Shown: piece after piece, positions 17,708-26,653 of the stretch
Position numbering within the stretch: position 1 is the stretch's first letter
Layout of the letters: each line of letters starts with the position of its first letter
Assembly (NCBI GenBank): GCA_017483735.1
Contig: JAFUVF010000064.1
Coordinates: 45,405 to 77,404 of the forward strand
Reading direction: 5' to 3'
Source of the DNA: Lachnospiraceae bacterium
GTDB taxonomy: Bacteria; Bacillota; Clostridia; Lachnospirales; Lachnospiraceae
Length of the DNA: 32,000 bases
The notes under the pieces: generated by a model
Databases searched by the model: none
What the model was told of the DNA's origin: nothing
Seen by the model: the letters and a program-made list of their open reading frames with translations, nothing else
Translations under genes and position numbers: made by a program

Positions 17708-19300
17708 TTATGCCCCCGCAAGCTCTTCCTCGTGCGCCTCCACATCCTTCATGTCGATGCGTGCAAAGAGGATTTCCGGCTTGTCGGTAACCTTATTGCC
17801 CGAAGGATAAAGCCCGTTTTTGTCAAGATCGTCGAAGTCACGAAGCTTTGTGTTCAGCTGTGCCGCAATCTTTTTGGCAGTTTCCGGCATAAAGGGCTCT
17901 AATAGCGATGCTCCGGTCACTATTCCGTCCACAAGATTATACAATACAGTGGAGAGCCTGTCCTTTTTAGCCTCATCCTTTGCAAGGACCCAGGGCTCCG
18001 TCTCGTCCACATATTTATTCAGACGCTTAAACACAGCAAAGATTTCGTCGAGGGCATCCGCCACCCTGTAGGTCTCCATCTTTGCGGCAGCCTTACCTGC
18101 CGCACCGCTTACCACAGCCTTCAAATCGTCATCCAACGCCTTGTCCGCAGGTTCGATAACTCCTTTATTCGTTATCACTCCTCCGAAATACTTATTACTC
18201 ATTCCTATGGTGCGGTTCACAAGATTACCCAGCACATTTGCAAGATCCGAGTTTGTTCTCTCCGCAACAAGCTCCCAGCTGACAGTTCCGTCATTGTCAT
18301 ACGGCATTTCGTGGAGCACATAATATCTTACCGCATCTACTCCGAAGTAATCCACAAGGTCATCCGCATATATAACATTTCCTTTGGATTTACTCATCTT
18401 GCCTCCGTTTTGAAGGAGCCATGGATGCCCAAATACCTGCTTAGGCAGGGGCTCATCAAGCGCCATCAGGAATATGGGCCAGTATATTGTGTGGAAGCGG
18501 ATTATATCCTTACCTATGAGGTGCAGATCCGCCGGCCAATATTTCTTGTACTGCTCTGTGGAGTTCCCGTCAGCATCATATCCTATTCCCGTAATATAGT
18601 TTGTAAGAGCGTCCAGCCACACATAAACGACATGTTTGTCATCAAAGTCCACTGGAATCCCCCATTTAAAGGAGCTTCTAGACACGCATAAATCTTGAAG
18701 TCCCGGCAGGAGGAAATTGTTCATCATCTCGTTCTTCCTCGATACCGGCTGTATGAACTCCGGATGCTCATTTATATGCTTTATGAGCCTGTCTGCATAC
18801 TTGCTCATTTTAAAGAAGTACGCCTCCTCCTTGGCAGGCTTTACCTCTCTTCCGCAATCAGGGCATTTCCCGTCCACAAGCTGTGCCTCCGTCCAGAAGG
18901 ACTCGCAGGGTGTGCAATAAAGCCCCTCATAGGCTCCCTTGTATATATCCCCCTGATCGTAGAGTCTCTTAAATATCTTCTGCACCTGCTTTTCGTGGTA
19001 ATCGTCCGTTGTGCGGATAAAGTGGTCATAGGAGATATTCAGCTTGTCGCAGAGTCCCTTTATTATCCCGGCTACATTGTCCACGAACTCCTTCGGGGTA
19101 ATGCCTGACTCCGCAGCCTTCAATTCTATCTTCTGACCGTGCTCGTCAGTTCCGGTCTGGAAATATACGTCGTATCCCTGCTTTCTTCTGAATCTGACGA
19201 TGCTGTCAGCCAATACAATCTCATAATTGTTTCCGATATGCGGCTTGCCCGAGGTATAGGCGATTGCCGTGGTCAGATAGTACGGTGTTCCTTTTTTCAT
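17708..19300 (-). CDS. metG: Methionine--tRNA ligase (short form without the C-terminal tRNA-binding appendage)
   Basis: 530 aa. HIGH-type motif GKPHIGN, a zinc knuckle CTPCESF...CPDCG, and KMSKSKGN. Confidence 0.95.
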   Translation of the reverse strand: MKKGTPYYLTTAIAYTSGKPHIGNNYEIVLADSIVRFRRKQGYDVYFQTGTDEHGQKIELKAAESGITPKEFVDNVAGIIKGLCDKLNISYDHFIRTTDDYHEKQVQKIFKRLYDQGDIYKGAYEGLYCTPCESFWTEAQLVDGKCPDCGREVKPAKEEAYFFKMSKYADRLIKHINEHPEFIQPVSRKNEMMNNFLLPGLQDLCVSRSSFKWGIPVDFDDKHVVYVWLDALTNYITGIGYDADGNSTEQYKKYWPADLHLIGKDIIRFHTIYWPIFLMALDEPLPKQVFGHPWLLQNGGKMSKSKGNVIYADDLVDYFGVDAVRYYVLHEMPYDNDGTVSWELVAERTNSDLANVLGNLVNRTIGMSNKYFGGVITNKGVIEPADKALDDDLKAVVSGAAGKAAAKMETYRVADALDEIFAVFKRLNKYVDETEPWVLAKDEAKKDRLSTVLYNLVDGIVTGASLLEPFMPETAKKIAAQLNTKLRDFDDLDKNGLYPSGNKVTDKPEILFARIDMKDVEAHEEELAGA

Positions 19301-19320
19301 AATATGATAACTCCTTTATT

Positions 19321-21042
19321 CTATATATTTGCCAAATCATAGGTCAGGCTTATGCTTTCATCATCAAAGAGCTTCTTGAAGTTCTCACAAACCTTCTTTG
19401 ACATTTCATCGAGATTGCCCTTCTCTTCATCCGTGACGATTACAATGCGTTGTACAGAGCTGTAGCGGCTTACCGCTCCCTCATCAGGGAATACCGAAAG
19501 AATTGCTCTCTCCACAAGAAGCATTATCTCGTCCCTCTCCTCCACAGTCACATGATGTGGTGAATTTTCATCACTCTTTGCCTGTGCGGTAAACATTATA
19601 AGTCTTATCTCCTGCTCCTTATTCTTTGCAATATCCCTTATAAATTCATATATCCTGTAGAAATCCTGCTCTCCCAAAATGCTGGTATCAGAGAAATTAT
19701 CCTTTCTTGACAGCGCTTCTATGAGATTGCTCATTTCCGCCTTGTAAAAATCCTCACTCACATTCTTAAGCTGCTTGTAGAAATAATAATTGTCCTTGCA
19801 GGTCTGCTTTATGTGGTAAAGTGCCTTATCCGCCTCCACCTGCAGCTCGGAAAGCTCCTGATCCTCCCTGTCGTGCACCGTTATCCCCACGGATACGGAG
19901 AGGTTTTCTATAAGCTCGTCCTTCTCCTCCATGCGTCTTATTCCGGCAAAAACTCTGTCCATAAGCGCTTCGATGTCCCTCTGAAGCACCACATTCGGTA
20001 TATAGCAGAGGAATTCATCTCCGCCAAACCTTGATATGATGACCTCCGGAATGCTCTCCTGCAGCACCTTTACCACTGTGGTTATGTAGTAATCTCCTCT
20101 GCGGAAGCCGTGCTGCATATTGATATCCCGCATATTGTCGAGGTCAAGAAGGAAAAGCGTACCCTTGCCGTTGTTCATTGCCACTGTGATATATCTCTCT
20201 CCGGCGCTTCTGTTGTAAACCTTTGTAAGCTCATCCTTGTTTAAGAGCTCCAAGGTATGCTCCGTCTGATCTGCCATAAACTTCTTAAGCAGCTTGTTTC
20301 CGGCATCCACCTTGGTCCTGTTGCCCTCGTCGGTAATGAGGTTGAGCACATCATCATTTCTCTCGAGATATTTTAAAAACGCCTCCGCAATCTTCGGGTC
20401 AAACTGGGTTCCGCTGCACCGCTTTATCTCGGCTATGACGACATCCTTCGAGAGATGGCTTCTGTAGATACGGTTGCTGGTCATGGCATCGTATGAATCC
20501 GCCATGCAGATTATTCTTGCAATATAGGGAATTTCCTCCCCCTTTAAGCCGTTGGGATAGCCCTTTCCATCGTATCTTTCGTGATGGTAGAGAGCACCCA
20601 AATCAAGATCCTTAAACAGATCTATATCCTTAAGTATCTCTCCGCCCGCCACAGTGTGCAGCTTCATAAGCCCATACTCCGTATCGGTCAGACGTCCCGG
20701 CTTGTTCAGCACCGCATCGGGCACACCAATCTTTCCTATATCATGCAAGAGCGCAATATATCTGATATTCTCGACCTCATCATCGCTCATACCGAGCTCT
20801 TTTGCTATCTGCACCGCATACTCTGCAACACGTCTGGAATGTCCCTGAGTATATTCATCCTTTGCATCCAGGGTGTTGGCGATAGTCTCTATCATTTCAA
20901 AGGTCATCTGCTTGATCTGGGAGCTCTTTTCCTCTATCTCTCCCACATATTTTTTCTTCTGGGCAGAAAAACTCATTGACATAAATATGATTATGCCAAT
21001 GCAAAGTGCAATGCTTATTACGGCTATAACGATTCCTGTCAT
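19321..21042 (-). CDS. Membrane-anchored HD-GYP phosphodiesterase / GGDEF diguanylate cyclase hybrid with an extra C-terminal GGDEF-like region
   Basis: 573 aa. N-terminal TM helix. HD-GYP motifs (GHSRRV, LLHDIGKIGVPD, HHERYDGKGYPNGL). GGDEF domain (DELTKVYNR..., RFGGDEFLCY). Confidence 0.85.
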   Translation of the reverse strand: MTGIVIAVISIALCIGIIIFMSMSFSAQKKKYVGEIEEKSSQIKQMTFEMIETIANTLDAKDEYTQGHSRRVAEYAVQIAKELGMSDDEVENIRYIALLHDIGKIGVPDAVLNKPGRLTDTEYGLMKLHTVAGGEILKDIDLFKDLDLGALYHHERYDGKGYPNGLKGEEIPYIARIICMADSYDAMTSNRIYRSHLSKDVVIAEIKRCSGTQFDPKIAEAFLKYLERNDDVLNLITDEGNRTKVDAGNKLLKKFMADQTEHTLELLNKDELTKVYNRSAGERYITVAMNNGKGTLFLLDLDNMRDINMQHGFRRGDYYITTVVKVLQESIPEVIISRFGGDEFLCYIPNVVLQRDIEALMDRVFAGIRRMEEKDELIENLSVSVGITVHDREDQELSELQVEADKALYHIKQTCKDNYYFYKQLKNVSEDFYKAEMSNLIEALSRKDNFSDTSILGEQDFYRIYEFIRDIAKNKEQEIRLIMFTAQAKSDENSPHHVTVEERDEIMLLVERAILSVFPDEGAVSRYSSVQRIVIVTDEEKGNLDEMSKKVCENFKKLFDDESISLTYDLANI

Positions 21043-21701
21043 CCACTATTCCCCACTATGAGATCATACAAATCCTCCGGTGCATCCGCCAATATTCCGG
21101 CGCCATGCTCACGAAGAAAAGCTTCATCCCTGAACCCCCATTTCACGGCGATACATTCAAGCCCGGAATTCTTCGCCGTCATAAGATCTACATCTGAATC
21201 TCCTATATATACTGCATCCCTTTTATCGGAAATAAAAAGAGCCTCCAACGCTTTGTTTACCATATCCGGTGCGGGCTTTCTGTCTATCCCCTGCCTCTCC
21301 CCGATGGCAACGTCGAAAAGACCCTTAAAATATTCTTCGCAGAGCTCTTGTACCGCCACATCCGCCTTATTCGACACTACGGCGGTCTTTACCCCTGCAT
21401 TTTTCAAGCTCTTTATCAGCTCTGGGATTCCCTTATAGGGTCTGGTCTTGTCGGCACAATGAGCCTCATAATATTCCATAAAGACATCCTTAATGCCGTC
21501 TATCTCCGAATCCGGTACGTCTTCCGGAACTGCTCTCTCTATGAGCTTCCTGATTCCGTTTCCGACAAAGCGTCTCGTTTCCTCCAAAGTCCTTTTAGGG
21601 AATCCGCAGCGCTCCATTGTGTGATTCAGAGCATCGTTTAAATCATCTAAGGTATCCAATATGGTACCGTCCATATCAAATACCGCAGTCCCATATCCCA
21701 T
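21039..21701 (-). CDS. HAD-superfamily hydrolase (phosphoglycolate phosphatase-like)
   Basis: 220 aa. Motif I AVFDMDGTILDT, motif II VVSNK, motif IV YIGDSDVD. Confidence 0.85.
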   Translation of the reverse strand: MGYGTAVFDMDGTILDTLDDLNDALNHTMERCGFPKRTLEETRRFVGNGIRKLIERAVPEDVPDSEIDGIKDVFMEYYEAHCADKTRPYKGIPELIKSLKNAGVKTAVVSNKADVAVQELCEEYFKGLFDVAIGERQGIDRKPAPDMVNKALEALFISDKRDAVYIGDSDVDLMTAKNSGLECIAVKWGFRDEAFLREHGAGILADAPEDLYDLIVGNSG

Positions 21702-21702
21702 T

Positions 21703-22803
21703 TTATACGTCCATATCTGCGTCTGCGATGACGCTCCTCTCTACCCTGTCTTTGGCCTTTCTTAAGCATTCCATGAGCTTCGGATTGAACATTCCCGACT
21801 CGCCGTTAATTATCATGGCAAACGCCTGATCCTTTGAGAATGCCTTTCTGTATAGTGTATCCGAAACCAACGCATCATAGGCATCCGCAACGGATACGAT
21901 CTGAGCATGCAGCGGAATATCGTCTCCTCGCAACCCGTCGGGATATCCTCTTCCGTCATATCTCTCATGATGGGAACGGCATATCTCATATACTGCCTCC
22001 GAATAGTCCTCATCCCATACACCCTTTATCTGTTCAATGACCTCGCAGCCTTTTGTGGTGTGGGACTTCATTACCTCCAATTCCTCCGGTGTAAGCTTGC
22101 CAGGCTTGAAAAGGATTGCATCCGGAATTCTTATCTTTCCGATATCATGGAGAACTGAGGCGGACACTATCGTATCCACCCTCTCCGCATTAAGCCCGCA
22201 CTCCGGGAAGGATTTCATCATCTCATCCGCCAGAATTCTTACGATTATCTCCACGTTCTTTACGTGGTGCGAATTCTCCGCATCACGGTACTCAACAACG
22301 GATCCCAATATATCTACGAGGTTTTTTCTGCTCTGCTTAAGCTCGTTGGTCTGTATCTGCAGCATCTGATACTGACGGCGCATCATCTGGTTCTGCTTGT
22401 CAAGCTTTGCCTCCAGTTCCTTCTGGGACATACCGCCGCTTACCACATTTTCAAGCTCCTTCTGGATATACTTCTTGCTGAAGGGCTTGCTGATAAATGT
22501 GGATATACCAAGGTCAAAGCACTGGTTCTCCACATCAAGAGAATCCGGTCTCTCCATCATAACCACGGGAATCTGACCGGAGAGCTTTTTTTCGTTCATT
22601 TCCTTAAGGATAGTCAGGCCATCCTTCTTCGGTATGGTAAGCTTCATAAAGACCACCGCAAGCTCTGCGCTGCTCTTCTCTATTTTTGCTATCGCTTCCT
22701 CTCCGTCTGAAGCTTCCATTATCTTATAATCGCTCTGCAATACCTCCCCGAGGGACTCTCTCTCGGATTCCATTCCGCTTACGATCAATACCTTATCCCG
22801 CAT
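21703..22803 (-). CDS. Receiver-like domain fused to an HD-GYP domain (RpfG-type architecture, atypical receiver)
   Basis: 366 aa. N-terminal CheY-like fold. C-terminal HD-GYP motifs (HHVKNV, LHDIGKIRIPD, HHERYDGRGYPDGL). Confidence 0.85.
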   Translation of the reverse strand: MRDKVLIVSGMESERESLGEVLQSDYKIMEASDGEEAIAKIEKSSAELAVVFMKLTIPKKDGLTILKEMNEKKLSGQIPVVMMERPDSLDVENQCFDLGISTFISKPFSKKYIQKELENVVSGGMSQKELEAKLDKQNQMMRRQYQMLQIQTNELKQSRKNLVDILGSVVEYRDAENSHHVKNVEIIVRILADEMMKSFPECGLNAERVDTIVSASVLHDIGKIRIPDAILFKPGKLTPEELEVMKSHTTKGCEVIEQIKGVWDEDYSEAVYEICRSHHERYDGRGYPDGLRGDDIPLHAQIVSVADAYDALVSDTLYRKAFSKDQAFAMIINGESGMFNPKLMECLRKAKDRVERSVIADADMDV

Positions 22804-22822
22804 TTAAAAACCTCCGCCAAAC

Positions 22823-25045
22823 TTAATTCCGCTCAACCGAAAGCTCATCTCCATCAGACTTCTGTATTGTGACGCCCAAGGTCTCCTGAGCCTTCCACTG
22901 CTTTCCGTTTATCTCCACTATGACACCGTCATAGACCATACCGTTTATTACCACCTTTGAATCCGTGATGGACTTTATCTCCTCCTCCAGCTCTTCCTTT
23001 TGGAGCTCCAGATCCTCTTTTTCCATCTTTTTCGTATATATTGCATCATCCAGCTTCAAATATGTTTCATTCTCTGCAAGCTCCTCAGAGCTCTTTGTAG
23101 CTTCAAGCTTCTCCTTTGCCTCGGTAAATACCTTCAATTCCTCGGCGCAGTTCTTCATATCCGCCTTCAGCTTCTTTACCTTTCCGACAATAGTGTCGTT
23201 AATTCCCACCTGAAGATGCGTGTATTTACCTGCCTTGCTGCCCACGTTGTTTGCAATGATCCCTCTTACGGCGGATATCTTTCCTCCCATGAGAGAGCCC
23301 TTCCTCTGAACTATCTTTACCTGGCCTCCTGCCTCTACTTCGCAGTTTAAACAGTAATTAAACTGGACATCCCCTCCGGCTCTTATGGTAGCGTTCTCGG
23401 CGAACCTTCCGTCTATGTTTCCGCTGGCTGTGATGCTTCCCTTGTTGTTTGCGTTTATGCCCTTCTTAAGCAGGATATTTCCGCCGCTCTCTATGCTTCC
23501 GCCCTCTACAAAGCCCTCTATTACCACATCCGATGCCGCACGTATTTCCGCTCCGGTGCCGACGCTTCCGAGCACATGCACGCTTCCATTGAATACAACC
23601 TTGCCTGTCGCAAGGGTAACATCCCTTACGGTAAGCATATTGGAAACCCCCAGCTTTCCGTTCTTTAGCTGTACAAAGCCGTCTACAGCTGCCTTGTAGG
23701 TAAGCTTTGCGTCATCCGTGATAAAGCCCTTGCCTCTGAGTGCAGGAATATCCTTTCCGAAGCTTCCGTTTACCACATCTCCTCTGATTGTATATCCGTC
23801 GCTGCCGGTTTCCGCAGGATGATATATGGCTATGACATCATCCACCTTCACGGTGTTGAACCAGTCCACATTCTGATAATCCACGGAGCCGTCAGGAAGA
23901 ACTCTGGGTCTTCGGATATTCTCCGTGTCAAATTTGTATACAAAATATCCATCCTTGCCGTGATCGGGATGCTTTCCTATGGCGACTGTAAAGGTCACGC
24001 CTCTTGTAGTGGGCTCTACCGCCTCCTGTATCTCTCGTCTTAGGATTCCCTTCTTTATGCCTGCCTTCCAAAGTGCATGCAGCACCGCTTCCTCATTAAG
24101 GGTCTCATCCCTTCTCTTGACAGCGATACGAGCTTCCATCTGGTCGGGTGTGACAAGAAGAGTGAAGGGCAGATCAGCATCCTCTCCGTCCTCAAATGCA
24201 TTTTCAAGCACATCCTCGTCGAATATGGGCTGACGCTTCTTTGATCTGTCCTCCGGCGCAAAGCCCATGAGAGCAAGACGTTTCTTGTGCATATCCGTAG
24301 CAGAGAATCGAAGAAGCCTGTAGCTGTCTACCTCAAGTCCATCCTCCAATCCCATACGGATTTCGTGCATCTGCAGGGACGAATACAGGGAATTCGAATA
24401 TTTTTTGACATCAACATGATGCTCGAGCCCGATTCTGAGCTCATGCATCTGCTTCCAGTTGTAGTCCATCTTTGCGTAGACGGATACATCCAGATCCTTT
24501 TCGAGACCGATTCTGATCTCCTCCAAAGCGCCCGAACGGAAGCTGTGATCCAGAAAGGCAGCCATATCCACACCGTTTGCCAGTGCCAGCCTTATCTGTT
24601 CGAGCTGCTCCCCGTCATAGCCCTCGGAAATAAAATAATCTATGTCAATGCCGTTCTTTTTGGCAATGCGTACTTCTTTCAAAACCCCGGCAGGCTTCTC
24701 CATATATGCAGAGAGATCCACGCCGTCCTCGGCAGCCTTTCTAAGCTGACGCATCTTCGCATAGCCGATGGACGGATCCGCAAAGGTGGAATAATCCGTC
24801 TTATTGTCTATCGCCGTGCGAAGCTCCACCATTTGGAACCAGTCATATTCAGGCTTTGCGTAGACCGATACATCTATGCCCTCCTCGAGACCCATTCTGA
24901 TCTGCCTCATCTGAAGCGGCATAAAGGCAGGATTCTCGTATATTGAGGTATCGAGTCCCTGTCCCCTTCCCAAATCTATCTCCGTCTGCTGTTCCTGGGT
25001 ATATTCAGTTTCTTCCTGAGCCTTTGTCAGGTTTTCTTCAGCCAT
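22823..25045 (-). CDS. FapA-like (DUF342) protein with an N-terminal array of 26-aa repeats
   Basis: 740 aa. The C-terminal two-thirds shows DUF342 features: a Gly/Asn-rich beta-helix-like segment (GSVHVLGSVGTGAEIRAASDVVIEG...GGNILLKKGINANN...) followed by a coiled coil. The N-terminal 260 aa are repetitive. Confidence 0.7.
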   Translation of the reverse strand: MAEENLTKAQEETEYTQEQQTEIDLGRGQGLDTSIYENPAFMPLQMRQIRMGLEEGIDVSVYAKPEYDWFQMVELRTAIDNKTDYSTFADPSIGYAKMRQLRKAAEDGVDLSAYMEKPAGVLKEVRIAKKNGIDIDYFISEGYDGEQLEQIRLALANGVDMAAFLDHSFRSGALEEIRIGLEKDLDVSVYAKMDYNWKQMHELRIGLEHHVDVKKYSNSLYSSLQMHEIRMGLEDGLEVDSYRLLRFSATDMHKKRLALMGFAPEDRSKKRQPIFDEDVLENAFEDGEDADLPFTLLVTPDQMEARIAVKRRDETLNEEAVLHALWKAGIKKGILRREIQEAVEPTTRGVTFTVAIGKHPDHGKDGYFVYKFDTENIRRPRVLPDGSVDYQNVDWFNTVKVDDVIAIYHPAETGSDGYTIRGDVVNGSFGKDIPALRGKGFITDDAKLTYKAAVDGFVQLKNGKLGVSNMLTVRDVTLATGKVVFNGSVHVLGSVGTGAEIRAASDVVIEGFVEGGSIESGGNILLKKGINANNKGSITASGNIDGRFAENATIRAGGDVQFNYCLNCEVEAGGQVKIVQRKGSLMGGKISAVRGIIANNVGSKAGKYTHLQVGINDTIVGKVKKLKADMKNCAEELKVFTEAKEKLEATKSSEELAENETYLKLDDAIYTKKMEKEDLELQKEELEEEIKSITDSKVVINGMVYDGVIVEINGKQWKAQETLGVTIQKSDGDELSVERN

Positions 25046-25087
25046 CTGTATCTCCGTGCCTTATTTTTCGCATAGTTATACTCATTT

Positions 25088-25116
25088 ATCATAACATAAT
25101 TTATGTGAAATGTCAT
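25088..25116 (-). promoter_or_regulatory. Candidate promoter of the fapA-like operon
   Basis: Minus strand reads ATGACA, 17 nt, TGtTATGAT, about 40 nt upstream of the ATG at 25045. Confidence 0.4.
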
Positions 25117-25158
25117 TAAAAACTTAAATTTCGGGATTTTGGGATTCCTTCCGCTTCA

Positions 25159-26649
25159 TTATCTGATCGTTACTGAATCCTTCCCATAATAGTCCGCCAT
25201 ATAATCTCCAAACGCTGAAAACTCCTTGTTATACAATAAATATGGCTGTACCGAAAAATTTCTGAGCTCAGCATTCCTTATCTCATCATTCTCCAAAATG
25301 CCCCGCATTTCATTCCATTCGTCATAAAACATATGTGCCTCGTTATTTCTCAGAGAAATTGCTGCACTTACAGGCGTGAGGGTCCTCCCTCCATACAATG
25401 CCAGCGCTGCAAGAAGCATAAGCACAGCAGCCGTTTCATATCCCAGAAGAAGAAGTCCCTTCCTTTTCCACGCTCCTGCCGAATGAAATATACTTTTTTG
25501 TTTTATATACCGAAACACAGCTCCGAGAATATAGAATTCCTCCGCATATACAAAAAAGGTATAGGCAAATCTGTACATATCGCGCATTCTCTCCGGTCCC
25601 GGTCCCCCTATGGCATAATACGCCGGTGCAAAATGCGCCGCATATATCAAAAAGATAAGAATTGACACGGGAACGGGAAATCTGAAATCAAACCTGCTGT
25701 TTCTGTAAACAAGCACAAATACCGGTGCAAGTACGAGCCCCATAGTGATATATATCGGGTTTATTGTTTTAAAAGTATAAATAAACGCTTCCTTCAGCGA
25801 TATAAATATAGCCGGCACAAATCCGTTCCCTCCGGGTTCCTCCCCCAATCGTATGACATTGCCGGGAGAGAGCATATTTATCAAAAAAGCCAGCGTGAAA
25901 AAAGCAAAATTAATGCTGATAGTAAGCCTGTAGGCATTTCGTCTCATAAAACTGTAGGCAATAAATAATGCATTAAAAAGAAGAGCCATTGTGCAGCCGA
26001 TATAACTGCCTCCTCCCATAATAATCTCAAGAAGCAGCACCACCGCCGTCAGAGCAGGATTCATTTTTTTCTTTTGAGCTACAGAAAGTCTCATTTGCTT
26101 TGCCAAAAGAGCCAGAAGCAGAAGCTCTCCCCCGAAAAAAATCGTGTAGGTTCCCCCTCCGACAAGCCAATAGAATGCCTCCTGCGCATAGGGTATGCAC
26201 ATAAAAAGAAGAGAAAGCATACAAACCGAAATAAAATCCGAAGCCGCCCTGTCTCCGCCCAGTTCATTGCATATGAGCTCTCTTGTCAATACAAATACCG
26301 GTATTATCAGCGAAAGAAAAATTGCTATATTACACATATAATACATATCATCGCCAAAAACTCCCAAAAGTCCGGCGCAGATAAACTCTGCGGAAAATTT
26401 CCCCTCCCAATTCATATACAATTGCTTCACATGCCGCATCTGTCCTCCTATAAGAGCTATGACGGAATGCGTGCTGTGCCACGCCTCAGAAGCGTATCTG
26501 CCATACTGAAAATCATCTGTGGACATACAGTTATAGAAGGAAATGTGAACCATCGGTATGAGGATAGCTATGAGAGCAATAATCGCTGCTATTCTCATAA
26601 TACCTAATATCCTATTTTCATCCTCCATAATGTATTTAACCTTTTCCAT
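25159..26649 (-). CDS. Large polytopic membrane protein of unknown function (possibly GT-C-like glycosyltransferase)
   Basis: About 496 aa from the ATG at 26647-26649 (GGAGAA 9 nt upstream); the longer ORF would overlap rsmI. At least 10 hydrophobic segments. An early loop motif STDDFQY resembles the acidic first-loop motif of GT-C enzymes, but this is weak. Confidence 0.5.
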   Translation of the reverse strand: MEKVKYIMEDENRILGIMRIAAIIALIAILIPMVHISFYNCMSTDDFQYGRYASEAWHSTHSVIALIGGQMRHVKQLYMNWEGKFSAEFICAGLLGVFGDDMYYMCNIAIFLSLIIPVFVLTRELICNELGGDRAASDFISVCMLSLLFMCIPYAQEAFYWLVGGGTYTIFFGGELLLLALLAKQMRLSVAQKKKMNPALTAVVLLLEIIMGGGSYIGCTMALLFNALFIAYSFMRRNAYRLTISINFAFFTLAFLINMLSPGNVIRLGEEPGGNGFVPAIFISLKEAFIYTFKTINPIYITMGLVLAPVFVLVYRNSRFDFRFPVPVSILIFLIYAAHFAPAYYAIGGPGPERMRDMYRFAYTFFVYAEEFYILGAVFRYIKQKSIFHSAGAWKRKGLLLLGYETAAVLMLLAALALYGGRTLTPVSAAISLRNNEAHMFYDEWNEMRGILENDEIRNAELRNFSVQPYLLYNKEFSAFGDYMADYYGKDSVTIR

Positions 26650-26653
26650 GCAG

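Noticed and set aside
17063-19300. metG followed by a GNAT as a possible AtaT/TacT-like acetyltransferase toxin module targeting Met-tRNA.
   Set aside because: No small RHH/antitoxin ORF is adjacent. The GNAT is co-oriented and overlaps a YesL-like membrane gene. The idea rests only on adjacency.
24287-24946. A 219-aa + strand ORF antisense to the repeat region of the FapA-like gene. Similar antisense ORFs lie at 12372-13028, 26074-26607 and 30972-31553.
   Set aside because: None has recognisable motifs or translation signals, and each is fully nested opposite a well-supported gene. Treated as spurious.
25120-25150. Direct repeat GGGATTTTGGGATT downstream of the membrane-protein gene as a possible terminator or repeat element.
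   Set aside because: No stable stem can be drawn, and it is only a short 6-nt duplication. Not supported.
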